In this document: positions 48,529 through 57,521 of the stretch, piece by piece | Layout of the letters: each line of letters begins with the position of its first letter | Position numbering within the stretch: position 1 is the stretch's first letter | Virus record (IMG/VR): IMGVR_UViG_3300047585_000208 | Span: 73,891 to 137,890 of that record | DNA length: 64,000 nt | Source of the DNA: a virus | Reading direction: 5' to 3' (one strand) | Position numbers and translations under genes: made by a program | The notes under the pieces: generated by a model | What the model was told of the DNA's origin: nothing | Seen by the model: only the letters and a program-made list of their open reading frames with translations | Database searches by the model: none

Positions 48529-50265
48529 ATGCCTTTTAAGAGCAAAGCCCAGCAAAGGTGGATGTTTGCCGCAGAATCTCGCGGTGAAGTGGCTAAGGGT
48601 ACGGCCAAAGAGTGGGCTCACGCTACGAAGAGCATAAAAGCACTACCTGACCACGCAAAGAAAAAAAAGCATAAGAAGAAAGCTTCTGAGATAAAGCTCT
48701 TTCAGCAAGCAGGTTTAGTAAAGCTATCTTGGCCTGCTCCGCAACAAAGTCAGCCTCAGGCTCTTGGAGCACCTTTGCTACAAGCTCAGCCTAACCCAGC
48801 TCAGCAAACTCAAGCAGCCCCAACTCCTCAGCCCATTGGGGCTTCGCAGCAAAGTCCGCCTGGGCAGCCTAAGCCGTCTGTAATTGGTGCTACTCCACCA
48901 ACGCAGGCTAGCCCGCATTTGCAGCGTCATCAAGCAATCAACGGAATGTTGGGCGTTCCGACCGCCAAAATGGCTGCGGTAAGAAATGAAATCTACAATA
49001 AAGTCAACACGGGGCGTATTCCAGTTGCTGAAGCTCTTGCAAAGGTAGCTTCGCAGGTTAAGCAGTCTGATTGGCCTTATCAAGGCGGCGTGTACGGAAC
49101 ATTTCCTGGAAGCGGTGGTATGCCTGGGGGCATGGGAATGCTTCCGCCAGGGATGATGGGTGGATACCCTGGATTTCCTCAAGACCCCTATACAACTGCA
49201 TTAGGCCAACTCGATCAGCGAAGAAGGGTTTTGTCTGAGCGTTTTTATAACGGTCCCATGACACCAGAGCAATATCAAACCTCTATCCGCGACCTTGAGA
49301 CTCGCCAGAATGTGTTGCGGCAAGAGACTTACGGTAATCAGGGTAACGCGGGACGTGGTCAGCCTGGCTATGCGCAACAAGGCGCTAGACAGCTGCCAGC
49401 AGAGTATCAGCAGCAATTTCAAAGAAATCAAGCAGCGCACGATAGGGCCGTTGAGTTAGCTCGTCGGCAAATTACGACCCCTGGTCGTTTGTCGCAGCTT
49501 GAGCAGTTTAATCCGCAGCTTTTTGAACAACTTCGACAAGAGTTTACTCCACCCGGGGTTGACCCAATGTCCGTTGATCAGCAGTTTAACGACTACATTT
49601 CTGGCCGAGGACAGCTGCCAGCTAATAACCGTATTTCGAACGAAGTTCGGCAACAGTTGCGGCAGTTCACGGCTACGAGTCCTTATGTAGCTCAAATGCG
49701 ACAACAGCCGTGGTACAACCAGATACCGCAAGCAGAGAGAGCCGAGGCTGAACAAAACTGGATTAATAACCAAGTTCAAAATCCTTCTCTGCAGCAAGTT
49801 CAAGGTGATCCTGAGCACCAAAGGCACTTAAACGCCGGATCGCAGCAGCAGCAACAGCTCGCTAGAGATGTTGAAGCCCATCTGCGCGACCCTGCTTCTC
49901 AGAACTGGTCTCAGACTGCACAGAGTTGGCAGCAGTATTGGCAGCCGACAGGAACTGGGGCCTACAGTGCACCTAGTCAGCCAGCTGGTGGGTCTTCTTT
50001 TGCGATAGCCAGGTCAGCTCCAGCAACTAACGCAACTTCTAATAATGGCTGGAGTGCGGGTGGTGGAAGTTGGAATGGTGCGGCTTCTGCACCAGTTGCA
50101 GCGCAACCACAATCGCCACCTGCAGCACAAATTCAACCACAGCAAGCTGCACAGGCTCCGTCGCAACAACCGGCACAACCTGTACAGCAAGCTCCTGCTT
50201 CTGTAATGCCTACTGCGCCGAGTGCTCCTACTGCAGCTAGACCTGTACCTCACTGGACAAGTTGA
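48529..50265 (+). CDS. Q/P/G-rich probable virion internal protein
   Basis: MPFKSKAQQRWMFA start, low-complexity segments separated by KxA/KxS motifs; stop in palindrome 50263. Confidence 0.6.
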   Translation: MPFKSKAQQRWMFAAESRGEVAKGTAKEWAHATKSIKALPDHAKKKKHKKKASEIKLFQQAGLVKLSWPAPQQSQPQALGAPLLQAQPNPAQQTQAAPTPQPIGASQQSPPGQPKPSVIGATPPTQASPHLQRHQAINGMLGVPTAKMAAVRNEIYNKVNTGRIPVAEALAKVASQVKQSDWPYQGGVYGTFPGSGGMPGGMGMLPPGMMGGYPGFPQDPYTTALGQLDQRRRVLSERFYNGPMTPEQYQTSIRDLETRQNVLRQETYGNQGNAGRGQPGYAQQGARQLPAEYQQQFQRNQAAHDRAVELARRQITTPGRLSQLEQFNPQLFEQLRQEFTPPGVDPMSVDQQFNDYISGRGQLPANNRISNEVRQQLRQFTATSPYVAQMRQQPWYNQIPQAERAEAEQNWINNQVQNPSLQQVQGDPEHQRHLNAGSQQQQQLARDVEAHLRDPASQNWSQTAQSWQQYWQPTGTGAYSAPSQPAGGSSFAIARSAPATNATSNNGWSAGGGSWNGAASAPVAAQPQSPPAAQIQPQQAAQAPSQQPAQPVQQAPASVMPTAPSAPTAARPVPHWTS

Positions 50266-50301
50266 GTAATGCGTTACTCAACTTTACGACTGGACTTTGA
50301 T

Positions 50302-51918
50302 ATGCTTCAGCAAGATAAATTGCCTGAGACCTTGGCCAAAGCCGCTTCTCACTTGAAGAAGGCGGATCCTCCGTATAGCCCTTATGGCTATCCCCCCATG
50401 GGCTATCAGCCAATGGGCTACGGAATGCCTCAGCAATCCTTTACGCCGTATAACCCTTATGGCGGCTGGACTACTCCCGGTGGTTACGGTGGTCCAACTA
50501 CAAGCGGCCAGGGCCAAAATCCCGCTTCAACGGGTGGTGGTGTTGTTCAGCAGCTTGCTAATACTGCCGCATCCAACGCGTATCGTCCGTCCTACGACGC
50601 GCAGCGCGAGCTCAACGATTTGAACGAGGCTCGAACAAACTACACTATTCGCCCCGATCAACATCCAACATCTACTGTTGGTAGAACTGACATCGATAAA
50701 GCTCTACAGCAACTTCGCGATATGGCACAGAATGTAAGTTTGTCCAGTAATGCGGAGGCTAGCTCGGTAACTGATCCGGTCACGGGAAAACCAGTTAGTT
50801 TGATGCATTCGCAATCTTCTATTCCGTGGCTCAATATCAGTAGTGAGTGGTGGAAAGGTGATAACTGGAGAGCATATCAAAAAGCCAAATCAGAGTATCA
50901 GACTCTCGCTGACCGGTACAAGGAGCAGCGAACCAAGGCTTTGCCGCAGATTCAGTCGAATCTCGATCAGCGCCGGCGAATGGTGCAGAATCAAATGCAA
51001 CAAGGGCGGCAGCTTGAAAATCGTTCGCTTGATACTGCAATGGGTCGTGAACAAAACATGTACGATCAAGCCCAAGGCTGGAATACCGCCCACATGCAGC
51101 GATTTATGAATCCGCCAGGGATGCCACCGATGGGCGGGATAGGTGGTGGAGTTGGGGGTGGGATGGGTGCAACTGGCGGTATGCCTCATTTGCCGCACCT
51201 GGGTGGCGGTGGGATGACAAGAAGCGCTAGCTTTACTGAGAGTCTGGCGAAGTGCGCAGCTGAAGTTCAAGATACTGACAGCGCTTCTCCAATTGTTGCC
51301 GGTGCTTTAGCAGGAGCTCCTGCTCTCGCTGGCGCTGCCCATCAAATGAATTGGTCCGTTCCGCAGGCGCTTAAAGGTATGTCTGCTGCAGGTGGGCTCA
51401 TGGGAACGGCTTCCGGAGCCATGGGTAACAGAGTTGGAGCAGACATCGGGTCTGCTATGGCTGTTCCAAAGCTCGTACAAGAAGCTCTAGCTCTTTCTAA
51501 GGCTCAACCTGTTGTTAAACCAGGAATGACCTTCTCTCACGATCTTGGCACAGCCGCCCGTAATGCCTCAATGATGACTGGCCGAGCTGGAGCTGTTGGC
51601 CAGGAGCTTGGTAAGTATAAAGGCCTTGGAGCGGCTCTAGCTGGAGTACTAGCTCCTCAAGGCGCTTATGCTGCTCGAAAGGGTATTGATAAGCTCCGCG
51701 GTAAAGACGAGAAGAAAGCTTCAATTGGCGAGTGCGAAACTCCTCCTTGCCATAAGAACATCCCAATGGCTGGGCGAATGGCAACGAAACAGCCAATGGC
51801 TAAGAAAAAGCCCAGTGATCCGTTTACCTCAGTAATGCGAGACATGAAAGAGAACAAGATGGCAGCTCTTGACCGTATTACAGAAGAGGCAATTCGAGTA
51901 ATGCATTACTCAAAATAA
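50302..51918 (+). CDS. G/M/Q-rich probable virion internal protein
   Basis: Low-complexity with E.LAK.A motifs shared with the preceding gene; palindrome 51895 lies in its last codons. Confidence 0.6.
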   Translation: MLQQDKLPETLAKAASHLKKADPPYSPYGYPPMGYQPMGYGMPQQSFTPYNPYGGWTTPGGYGGPTTSGQGQNPASTGGGVVQQLANTAASNAYRPSYDAQRELNDLNEARTNYTIRPDQHPTSTVGRTDIDKALQQLRDMAQNVSLSSNAEASSVTDPVTGKPVSLMHSQSSIPWLNISSEWWKGDNWRAYQKAKSEYQTLADRYKEQRTKALPQIQSNLDQRRRMVQNQMQQGRQLENRSLDTAMGREQNMYDQAQGWNTAHMQRFMNPPGMPPMGGIGGGVGGGMGATGGMPHLPHLGGGGMTRSASFTESLAKCAAEVQDTDSASPIVAGALAGAPALAGAAHQMNWSVPQALKGMSAAGGLMGTASGAMGNRVGADIGSAMAVPKLVQEALALSKAQPVVKPGMTFSHDLGTAARNASMMTGRAGAVGQELGKYKGLGAALAGVLAPQGAYAARKGIDKLRGKDEKKASIGECETPPCHKNIPMAGRMATKQPMAKKKPSDPFTSVMRDMKENKMAALDRITEEAIRVMHYSK

Positions 51919-52008
51919 ATTTGACGTTTGAATTTCGTTTTAATAAGTTAAGAGCTGAGTAATGCATTACTCAGCTCTTTTCGTTTTCGTTCAGAGGAAT
52001 TACTCTTT

Positions 52009-52314
52009 ATGACCGATTTGGAAATTGAGCAGGCTGTTGGAACAGCGCTTCGCGATTTAGCTGGAATTCCGCATCCGTGTTCTTTAGAGGACACTGACTG
52101 GTTTGTAAGACGCTGCATTGAAGCTGCCAAAATTCTGTCTTTTCCAGTTACTCATACCATGATTCGCGATTGGGCAGCTGGATTTCTGTCTGAGCCAACG
52201 TCAAGGCCGTATCAGGTTGCAAAACCTGAAGTTGGCCTTATAGTTACTCAAGTTCCTGATTTGCCAGAAGAACCGCACGCAACGGCTTCTCCGGCTGAGG
52301 AATTTGATTTCTAA
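52009..52314 (+). CDS. Hypothetical protein
   Basis: GAGGA RBS; 101 aa. Confidence 0.6.
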   Translation: MTDLEIEQAVGTALRDLAGIPHPCSLEDTDWFVRRCIEAAKILSFPVTHTMIRDWAAGFLSEPTSRPYQVAKPEVGLIVTQVPDLPEEPHATASPAEEFDF

Positions 52315-52534
52315 GGTTTCTGGGAAGGAGCAACTAGTGTTAGATGCTACGCACGGTCCTTACGGTAAACTGGTTTGGCGCTTTGATATAACCAGGAGAT
52401 ATAGTAGCGATATTCAGTTGAATGAGGCTCTTAGAGAAAGCGGTGGATGGGTTCACGTTATTAATAGCCGAGTTGGTTACTGGTCTGAAGTAACTTCACC
52501 TGACACACAGTCTCCTATAGTCTACAATGCTTTT

Positions 52535-53113
52535 ATGAAACTGGCAACATGGGCTAAAGAGCATGGTATCGCTTACATCACGGCCTGGCGATGGTTCAAA
52601 TACGGTAAGCTCCCGGTGCCGGCCATCAAGACGGCAACGGGAATGATCTTGGTAATGCCGTCCGCAGTGCCAACAACGTTGCCAACATTTGTTTATGCTC
52701 GCGTGTCATCACCGAACAAGAAAGGCGACCTTGACAGGCAGGCGCAACGCGCTGTTGACTTCTGCTCTGCAAAGGGATGGACGGTTGAAGTTGTGGTCAA
52801 AGAAATAGCCTCTGGCATGAATGACAAACGTCGCCGTCTTGATAAGTTGTTGGACCGGGGGCCAGCCCGGTTGGTTATTGAGCACAAAGATCGATTAACT
52901 CGTTTCGGTTTCGGATATTTTGACAAACTGCTTCCAAAGCTTGGATGGGAGCTTGTCGTCATGAATCGAGATAGCGAAGCCAAGGACGACATGATGAAGG
53001 ATCTTATAGCCGTCATTACCAGTTTTTGTTGTCGGTTATATGGATTGCGGCGAGGGCAGAAAAAAGCCAAGGAACTTAAGGACGCATTGCCATGCGAAGA
53101 GCCTGTAAAATAA
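52535..53113 (+). CDS. tnpA: IS607 serine recombinase TnpA
   Basis: MKLATWAKEHGI.Y.TAWRWF, YARVSS, DLDRQ, EIASGMN, EHKDRLTRFGF and SFCCRLYG. Confidence 0.95.
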   Translation: MKLATWAKEHGIAYITAWRWFKYGKLPVPAIKTATGMILVMPSAVPTTLPTFVYARVSSPNKKGDLDRQAQRAVDFCSAKGWTVEVVVKEIASGMNDKRRRLDKLLDRGPARLVIEHKDRLTRFGFGYFDKLLPKLGWELVVMNRDSEAKDDMMKDLIAVITSFCCRLYGLRRGQKKAKELKDALPCEEPVK

Positions 53114-54171
53114 GCCTGGAGTTCGTGACTGCCAGCAAGCGTCGGCGCATCGACGCTTTGCTTCGTCGTTATCGGTCGGCGGTCAATTTCTACGTCAATG
53201 AATGCTGGTTTCGCGACGGCAGCTTGAACGCCGTTACTTTGACAACTCTCCATGATAGTCTCCTTTCGCAGCGGTACAAATCTCAGGCGCTCAAGCAAGC
53301 TACCGAGATGGTGGCCGCGACTCGAAAATCAGCGAAGGCCCTCGGCAAGACAGCTTCGTGCCCACATTTCACGGGTGCCGCAATCCTTGACGCCAAGTTT
53401 GTTGACGTGGTTATTGAGGATCGTGGGCCTTTGTTTGACGTGTTCGTGAAGCTGTCTGGGCTTGTCAAGGGTAAGCGTATAACTCTTCCCCTTAAAGCCA
53501 CAGCGGTATTGCGAAAGTGGCTCAATGTTAATGACGCGCGCCTCATTCAAGGATGCGCATTGTCCGAGACAGGAATAGTTCTTTGGGTTGAGGCAAGCGC
53601 TCCGGCGCATCGCAAGGAAGGTGATGTTATTGCTGTCGATCTTGGCCTGTGCAAGCTTGTGGCCACATCCGAAGGCAAGTTTCTTGGCACTGAGTTCCGT
53701 GCGATCCGCGACAAAATCAATCGTAGAAAGATGGGCAGCAAGGGGCGTAGCCAAGCGCATCGCGAGCGTGACAACCTTATCGGGTATGTACTGAATCGCC
53801 TTCCTTGGCATCGCCTGAAAGCAATAGGCCGCGAGGATCTTCGCGGCATCAAGCATGGAAAGAAGCCCGGTCGCGGGAAATCTTTCCGTAGAGCCATCGC
53901 ACCTTGGGTACATCGCCAGGTTGCCGAACGTCTCGATAACAAGGCCCTGGAGAACGGTGTTCTTCCAGTCGTCTACGAGGCCAGAGGCACTTCCCGATCG
54001 TGCCCCGAGTGTGGCAGTTGCGACAGTGGTAATCGTAAGGGAGAATCCTTTCTGTGCTTGTCCTGCGGCCACGCAGAGGACGCCGATATTGTCGGAGCGC
54101 GGAATGGGCTCGCTCGTACCTTGAGATTTCTGGGGAGCATAGAGTCCCCCAGGCTTCAAATACCAATGTAA
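53092..54171 (+). CDS. tnpB: IS607 TnpB RNA-guided endonuclease
   Basis: AVDLG, EDL, TSRSCPECG..CLSCG and DADIVGARN. Confidence 0.92.
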   Translation: MRRACKISLEFVTASKRRRIDALLRRYRSAVNFYVNECWFRDGSLNAVTLTTLHDSLLSQRYKSQALKQATEMVAATRKSAKALGKTASCPHFTGAAILDAKFVDVVIEDRGPLFDVFVKLSGLVKGKRITLPLKATAVLRKWLNVNDARLIQGCALSETGIVLWVEASAPAHRKEGDVIAVDLGLCKLVATSEGKFLGTEFRAIRDKINRRKMGSKGRSQAHRERDNLIGYVLNRLPWHRLKAIGREDLRGIKHGKKPGRGKSFRRAIAPWVHRQVAERLDNKALENGVLPVVYEARGTSRSCPECGSCDSGNRKGESFLCLSCGHAEDADIVGARNGLARTLRFLGSIESPRLQIPM

Positions 54172-54290
54172 TAGGCGACTATTCATTGGTGAACTCTGAT
54201 TCGGTTATTCAAACCGCGATCAAGGTCATTGACAAGGCTTTACCGGTAAAGGATATACTTGAACTTTCCAAACTTGGCTAAGGAGTAAAA

Positions 54291-56318
54291 ATGTCAGAAG
54301 TAGTTCAAAACCCAGCGGTTATTGAGGCTGATCCGTTTACGCATGGTGAGAAGGTGTGGGAATTAGTTAATTGGCGTGAGAATGGCGGGGGTTATTGGGA
54401 CAAGTGTACAGATAAGCTTACGGAATTGGCTGGATACCCTCTAGGTATGAATGAATCAGAGCCTAAAACCGCGACACATAAAAACGGAGTTCAGTGGTAT
54501 CGTTATCCGACTGGGCACGTTTTGTCTTACAGGGTAAATCGTATTCAAATCTTCGCGCCAGCGGCAGAATTGCCTAAACCAGTTATTGCTGAACCGGCAG
54601 AGGTTAAAGAAATACCATTTCCTTGTGGCGAACTCGTGTTCGATGTTCCGGTTGACAATTTGACTTATTGGAATATTTGCACGAGCCAGCTACAGCAACT
54701 GACTGGTAAACCAATAACGATGGCTGATTACGCAAACTTGGGGAGGGGCTACCCTAATATTGATAGTTGGTACAGGTATGCGGACGGGTTTGTGGTTCAG
54801 TTAGTCAATGCGCCAGGGATGTTTGGTAACACTATCCGTCTGAAGATTTACAAAAGCCCTGAAACAACCATTCCAGCTGACGCCCCGTATCCTTGTGAAA
54901 AGGTGCTGTGGTGCGGTAATCGGAGTGAGTGGACAGAAAAGCTAGAGCAGTTTCTTGGTTACCGTACAGCCGCCTCGTCATACATTGAGGTAAAAACCAA
55001 TAAGGATCGGTATTGGTATCGTTATCCAAACAAAGTGATTGTGTTGTTGGAGAACACTCAGCTAACTATGTTTAAAGAAAAGGAGAAACCTATGGAGCAG
55101 CAACCCGCAGTGAAAGAGTTGACCCCAATTCCGGAAAAGATCGAACCGGCTAAATCTGAGCCTTACAAGATCCTCTGCGCGAAATACCCTGCTTTACGCA
55201 AATTAACCCAGGTGCTTTATCCCGGGTTTCTGTTCAACGAAGATATGTTGGACCTCTTAGATTCTTTTCTCGCGGCGGCTCTTCAAAAGATCGAAAGTGT
55301 GACTGCCAAGCTCGACAAGGCGGAAAAAGAGGGACCTGCTACACGTGAGCTTTACAAGACCCTCTGCGCGAAATATCCTAGTCTATCCAAATTAACCCAG
55401 GCACTTAATCCCGGGTTTCTGTTCAACAAAGATTCGCTTGACTCCTTGGATGGCTATCTTTCTATGGCTCTTCGAAAGATCGAAAGCATAACTGCCAAGC
55501 TCGACGAGGCGGAAAAAGAGAACGCTGAATTGAAAGCCAAGTTAGCTGCGCCGGCGCCAGCGGTTTCTTCGGATCCGCTCGAACGGTTTGGCGATTTGTG
55601 TGCTCGCTACCCTGCTTTGGAAGCTGTGTCGAACTCGTGCTACGGATGGTCTCACGACATTGACTTCAATTACAGTTTAGATGCTTTGCTTATTACTGTG
55701 CAAGACCGACTCAGCCCCAAAGCCGAAAACGGTTTTCAGTGGCCAACAACGGGTCATCCAAAGTACAGCGAATTGTCCAAGGTGTTCCCGCACTTGGCCC
55801 AGTTCTGGAAAATTGTTTTCAATAGCGCACCCGTTGAAACGTACGAAACTTGTCTGGATTCGGCTTTTCTGACGGCCAGCTGTATGATTGAAAAACTTAA
55901 GGCTGATGAGAAAGCTGCGGTCGCTCGCCTTGCAAATAAGATTAGTGAGTTTAATACTGACAGGAAGTACGCGCTCAAGCTTGGAGAAGACTTTAGGCGT
56001 CTTAAAGAGGAGGCGGGTCGAGAGAAGCCAATTACTACCAAACAGCTCGAATCGATGTTTGAACAAGTCATTCCGCTACTGGCGGCTGTGAACTTGGACA
56101 AGACTTCAACCGTTAAGGAATTCTTTGACCGGCTTGAGAACGTTGTTTGCAAATCGAAAGCTAGCTGTGAAAGGTTCGTGGGTTACTTGGCACGTAATTA
56201 CGATGTGATTGTCTCCTCAACCGATGTGCAAGGCATTTTTGCGATCACGACTTACATACTCGAAAAGGCCCTCCCGGTTAAAGATCTTTTGAATCTGAGT
56301 AATCCTTGTAAGCCCTAG
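54291..56318 (+). CDS. Modular repeat protein (675 aa)
   Basis: Three W..L....G.....WYRY units, four LCAKYP-type helical units, and C-terminal KALPVKDLL. Confidence 0.75.
   Translation: MSEVVQNPAVIEADPFTHGEKVWELVNWRENGGGYWDKCTDKLTELAGYPLGMNESEPKTATHKNGVQWYRYPTGHVLSYRVNRIQIFAPAAELPKPVIAEPAEVKEIPFPCGELVFDVPVDNLTYWNICTSQLQQLTGKPITMADYANLGRGYPNIDSWYRYADGFVVQLVNAPGMFGNTIRLKIYKSPETTIPADAPYPCEKVLWCGNRSEWTEKLEQFLGYRTAASSYIEVKTNKDRYWYRYPNKVIVLLENTQLTMFKEKEKPMEQQPAVKELTPIPEKIEPAKSEPYKILCAKYPALRKLTQVLYPGFLFNEDMLDLLDSFLAAALQKIESVTAKLDKAEKEGPATRELYKTLCAKYPSLSKLTQALNPGFLFNKDSLDSLDGYLSMALRKIESITAKLDEAEKENAELKAKLAAPAPAVSSDPLERFGDLCARYPALEAVSNSCYGWSHDIDFNYSLDALLITVQDRLSPKAENGFQWPTTGHPKYSELSKVFPHLAQFWKIVFNSAPVETYETCLDSAFLTASCMIEKLKADEKAAVARLANKISEFNTDRKYALKLGEDFRRLKEEAGREKPITTKQLESMFEQVIPLLAAVNLDKTSTVKEFFDRLENVVCKSKASCERFVGYLARNYDVIVSSTDVQGIFAITTYILEKALPVKDLLNLSNPCKP
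55158..55520 (+). repeat. Intragenic tandem duplication, 189-nt period
   Basis: 55158-55331 vs 55347-55520, encoding YK.LCAKYP.L.KLTQ.L.PGFLFN...KIES.TAKLD.AEKE twice. Confidence 0.85.
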
Positions 56319-56331
56319 TGTTGTGTTTCTT

Positions 56332-56365
56332 AGGCGAGCCTAGTACTTCACTAGGCTCGCCTTTT
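56332..56365 (+). terminator. Intrinsic terminator
   Basis: AGGCGAGCCTAGT-ACTTC-ACTAGGCTCGCCT followed by TTT. Confidence 0.8.
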
Positions 56366-56388
56366 GTTCCTTACTAAAGGAGAATAAA

Positions 56389-57456
56389 GTGGCTAATGGA
56401 CGTCCTTCGACAATCAGTGGGTGGGAGGAGATGCTTGCTGAGAAAGACAGGCAGCTCGCAGAGAAGCAGCAGATTATTCAGGATCTCAATGCAGAAGCTA
56501 ACGCTATCACAACTGCGATAGCGCAACCTTCAGTTGCCGATTTGCTGGACAAGACAGATCTCTTCGCTGAGCTTGTGAATGCCAGTGTTGATTTCAAGGA
56601 TGTCGTAGAGATGGTCTACGGCGAAACCGCCGACACGACTGGTTTTACGGTTGCCGGGGTTTTCGAAGATCTTAAAATTCTGCCAGGTAACACAGAATTC
56701 TTGCAGGACTGCTGCTTGAATGAAGAGGTTGCAAACGGGCTGATTGCGCTTAACGACGGTGACCCGGTCGAGGGTCTGAGTCTTCAAGATCTTTGCGAGT
56801 ATGCCTCTGAGAAGGCTGATAACGAATCGCATTGTGCACTTGAAAATATTGCGACGTGCGAGGACTGCGGCGACAAGATTATGAATGAATCTACCGACGC
56901 TACGAACCTGTGGGATCGGGTCGTGGCTGGCGACTGTAAGGATTATTCCTTGAATAGTTTGTTTGCGATGGCAAACTCTCGGTTGGACGACCTTGAAAGC
57001 AGGCTTGCGGCTTACGGTGACGAAGAGTTTACCGAGGAGGCTGGGGATGAAGAAGTGGTTTTGGCTGTTCCGATGCAGCTAGCCGCGCTTCAGCTCCTTG
57101 AAGCCGCGCTTCGGGAAAATCTCCCGGTGGTTATGAAAGATGTCCCGACGAATAGTTGGGCAGAGATCATCAGCATTGCTCATGACTGCGTTGTTCTTTA
57201 CTCGGAGAAGGCTTCCCAGCCGGTTGTTAAGATAACTGGTGGGTTTATGGCCGACCGTCCTCCTGTTAGGGGTGATGGCGCTTGCCTTGGTAACGCGACA
57301 GTTGATCTCCAAGACGCTCTGCGCCTTTATTACCCGAATACCTATAAAGAGGTTACCCGGGTCGGTAGTAAGACCAATATGGAACGACTGATTGCGGGTA
57401 TCTTGAAGGAAGCCGCAGCAGTGAAAGATCTCATGGGCCTGGATAACCAGGTCTAA
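56389..57456 (+). CDS. Acidic hypothetical protein sharing a C-terminal motif with the upstream genes
   Basis: AAGGAG RBS; ends ILKEAAAVKDLMGL. Confidence 0.7.
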   Translation: MANGRPSTISGWEEMLAEKDRQLAEKQQIIQDLNAEANAITTAIAQPSVADLLDKTDLFAELVNASVDFKDVVEMVYGETADTTGFTVAGVFEDLKILPGNTEFLQDCCLNEEVANGLIALNDGDPVEGLSLQDLCEYASEKADNESHCALENIATCEDCGDKIMNESTDATNLWDRVVAGDCKDYSLNSLFAMANSRLDDLESRLAAYGDEEFTEEAGDEEVVLAVPMQLAALQLLEAALRENLPVVMKDVPTNSWAEIISIAHDCVVLYSEKASQPVVKITGGFMADRPPVRGDGACLGNATVDLQDALRLYYPNTYKEVTRVGSKTNMERLIAGILKEAAAVKDLMGLDNQV

Positions 57457-57521
57457 TTTGAGTAACGCATTACTCAACTGCTTCGGCGGAAGCTGCTTAT
57501 CCGCCGTAATGGAAATTTCCT

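Larger units (their letters stand above)
52475..54190 (+). mobile_element. IS607-family element (tnpA + tnpB), boundaries approximate
   Basis: Overlapping serine-recombinase and TnpB genes; 3' hairpins at 54130-54190. Confidence 0.88.
52304..54281 (+). pseudogene. Phage gene interrupted by IS607
   Basis: N-part 52304-~52480. C-part after the IS ends IDKALPVKDILELSKLG, matching the C-termini of the next two genes. Confidence 0.6.

Noticed and set aside
52475-54190. IS607 as a self-splicing IStron
   Set aside because: Only about 60 nt precede tnpA, too short for a group I intron core.
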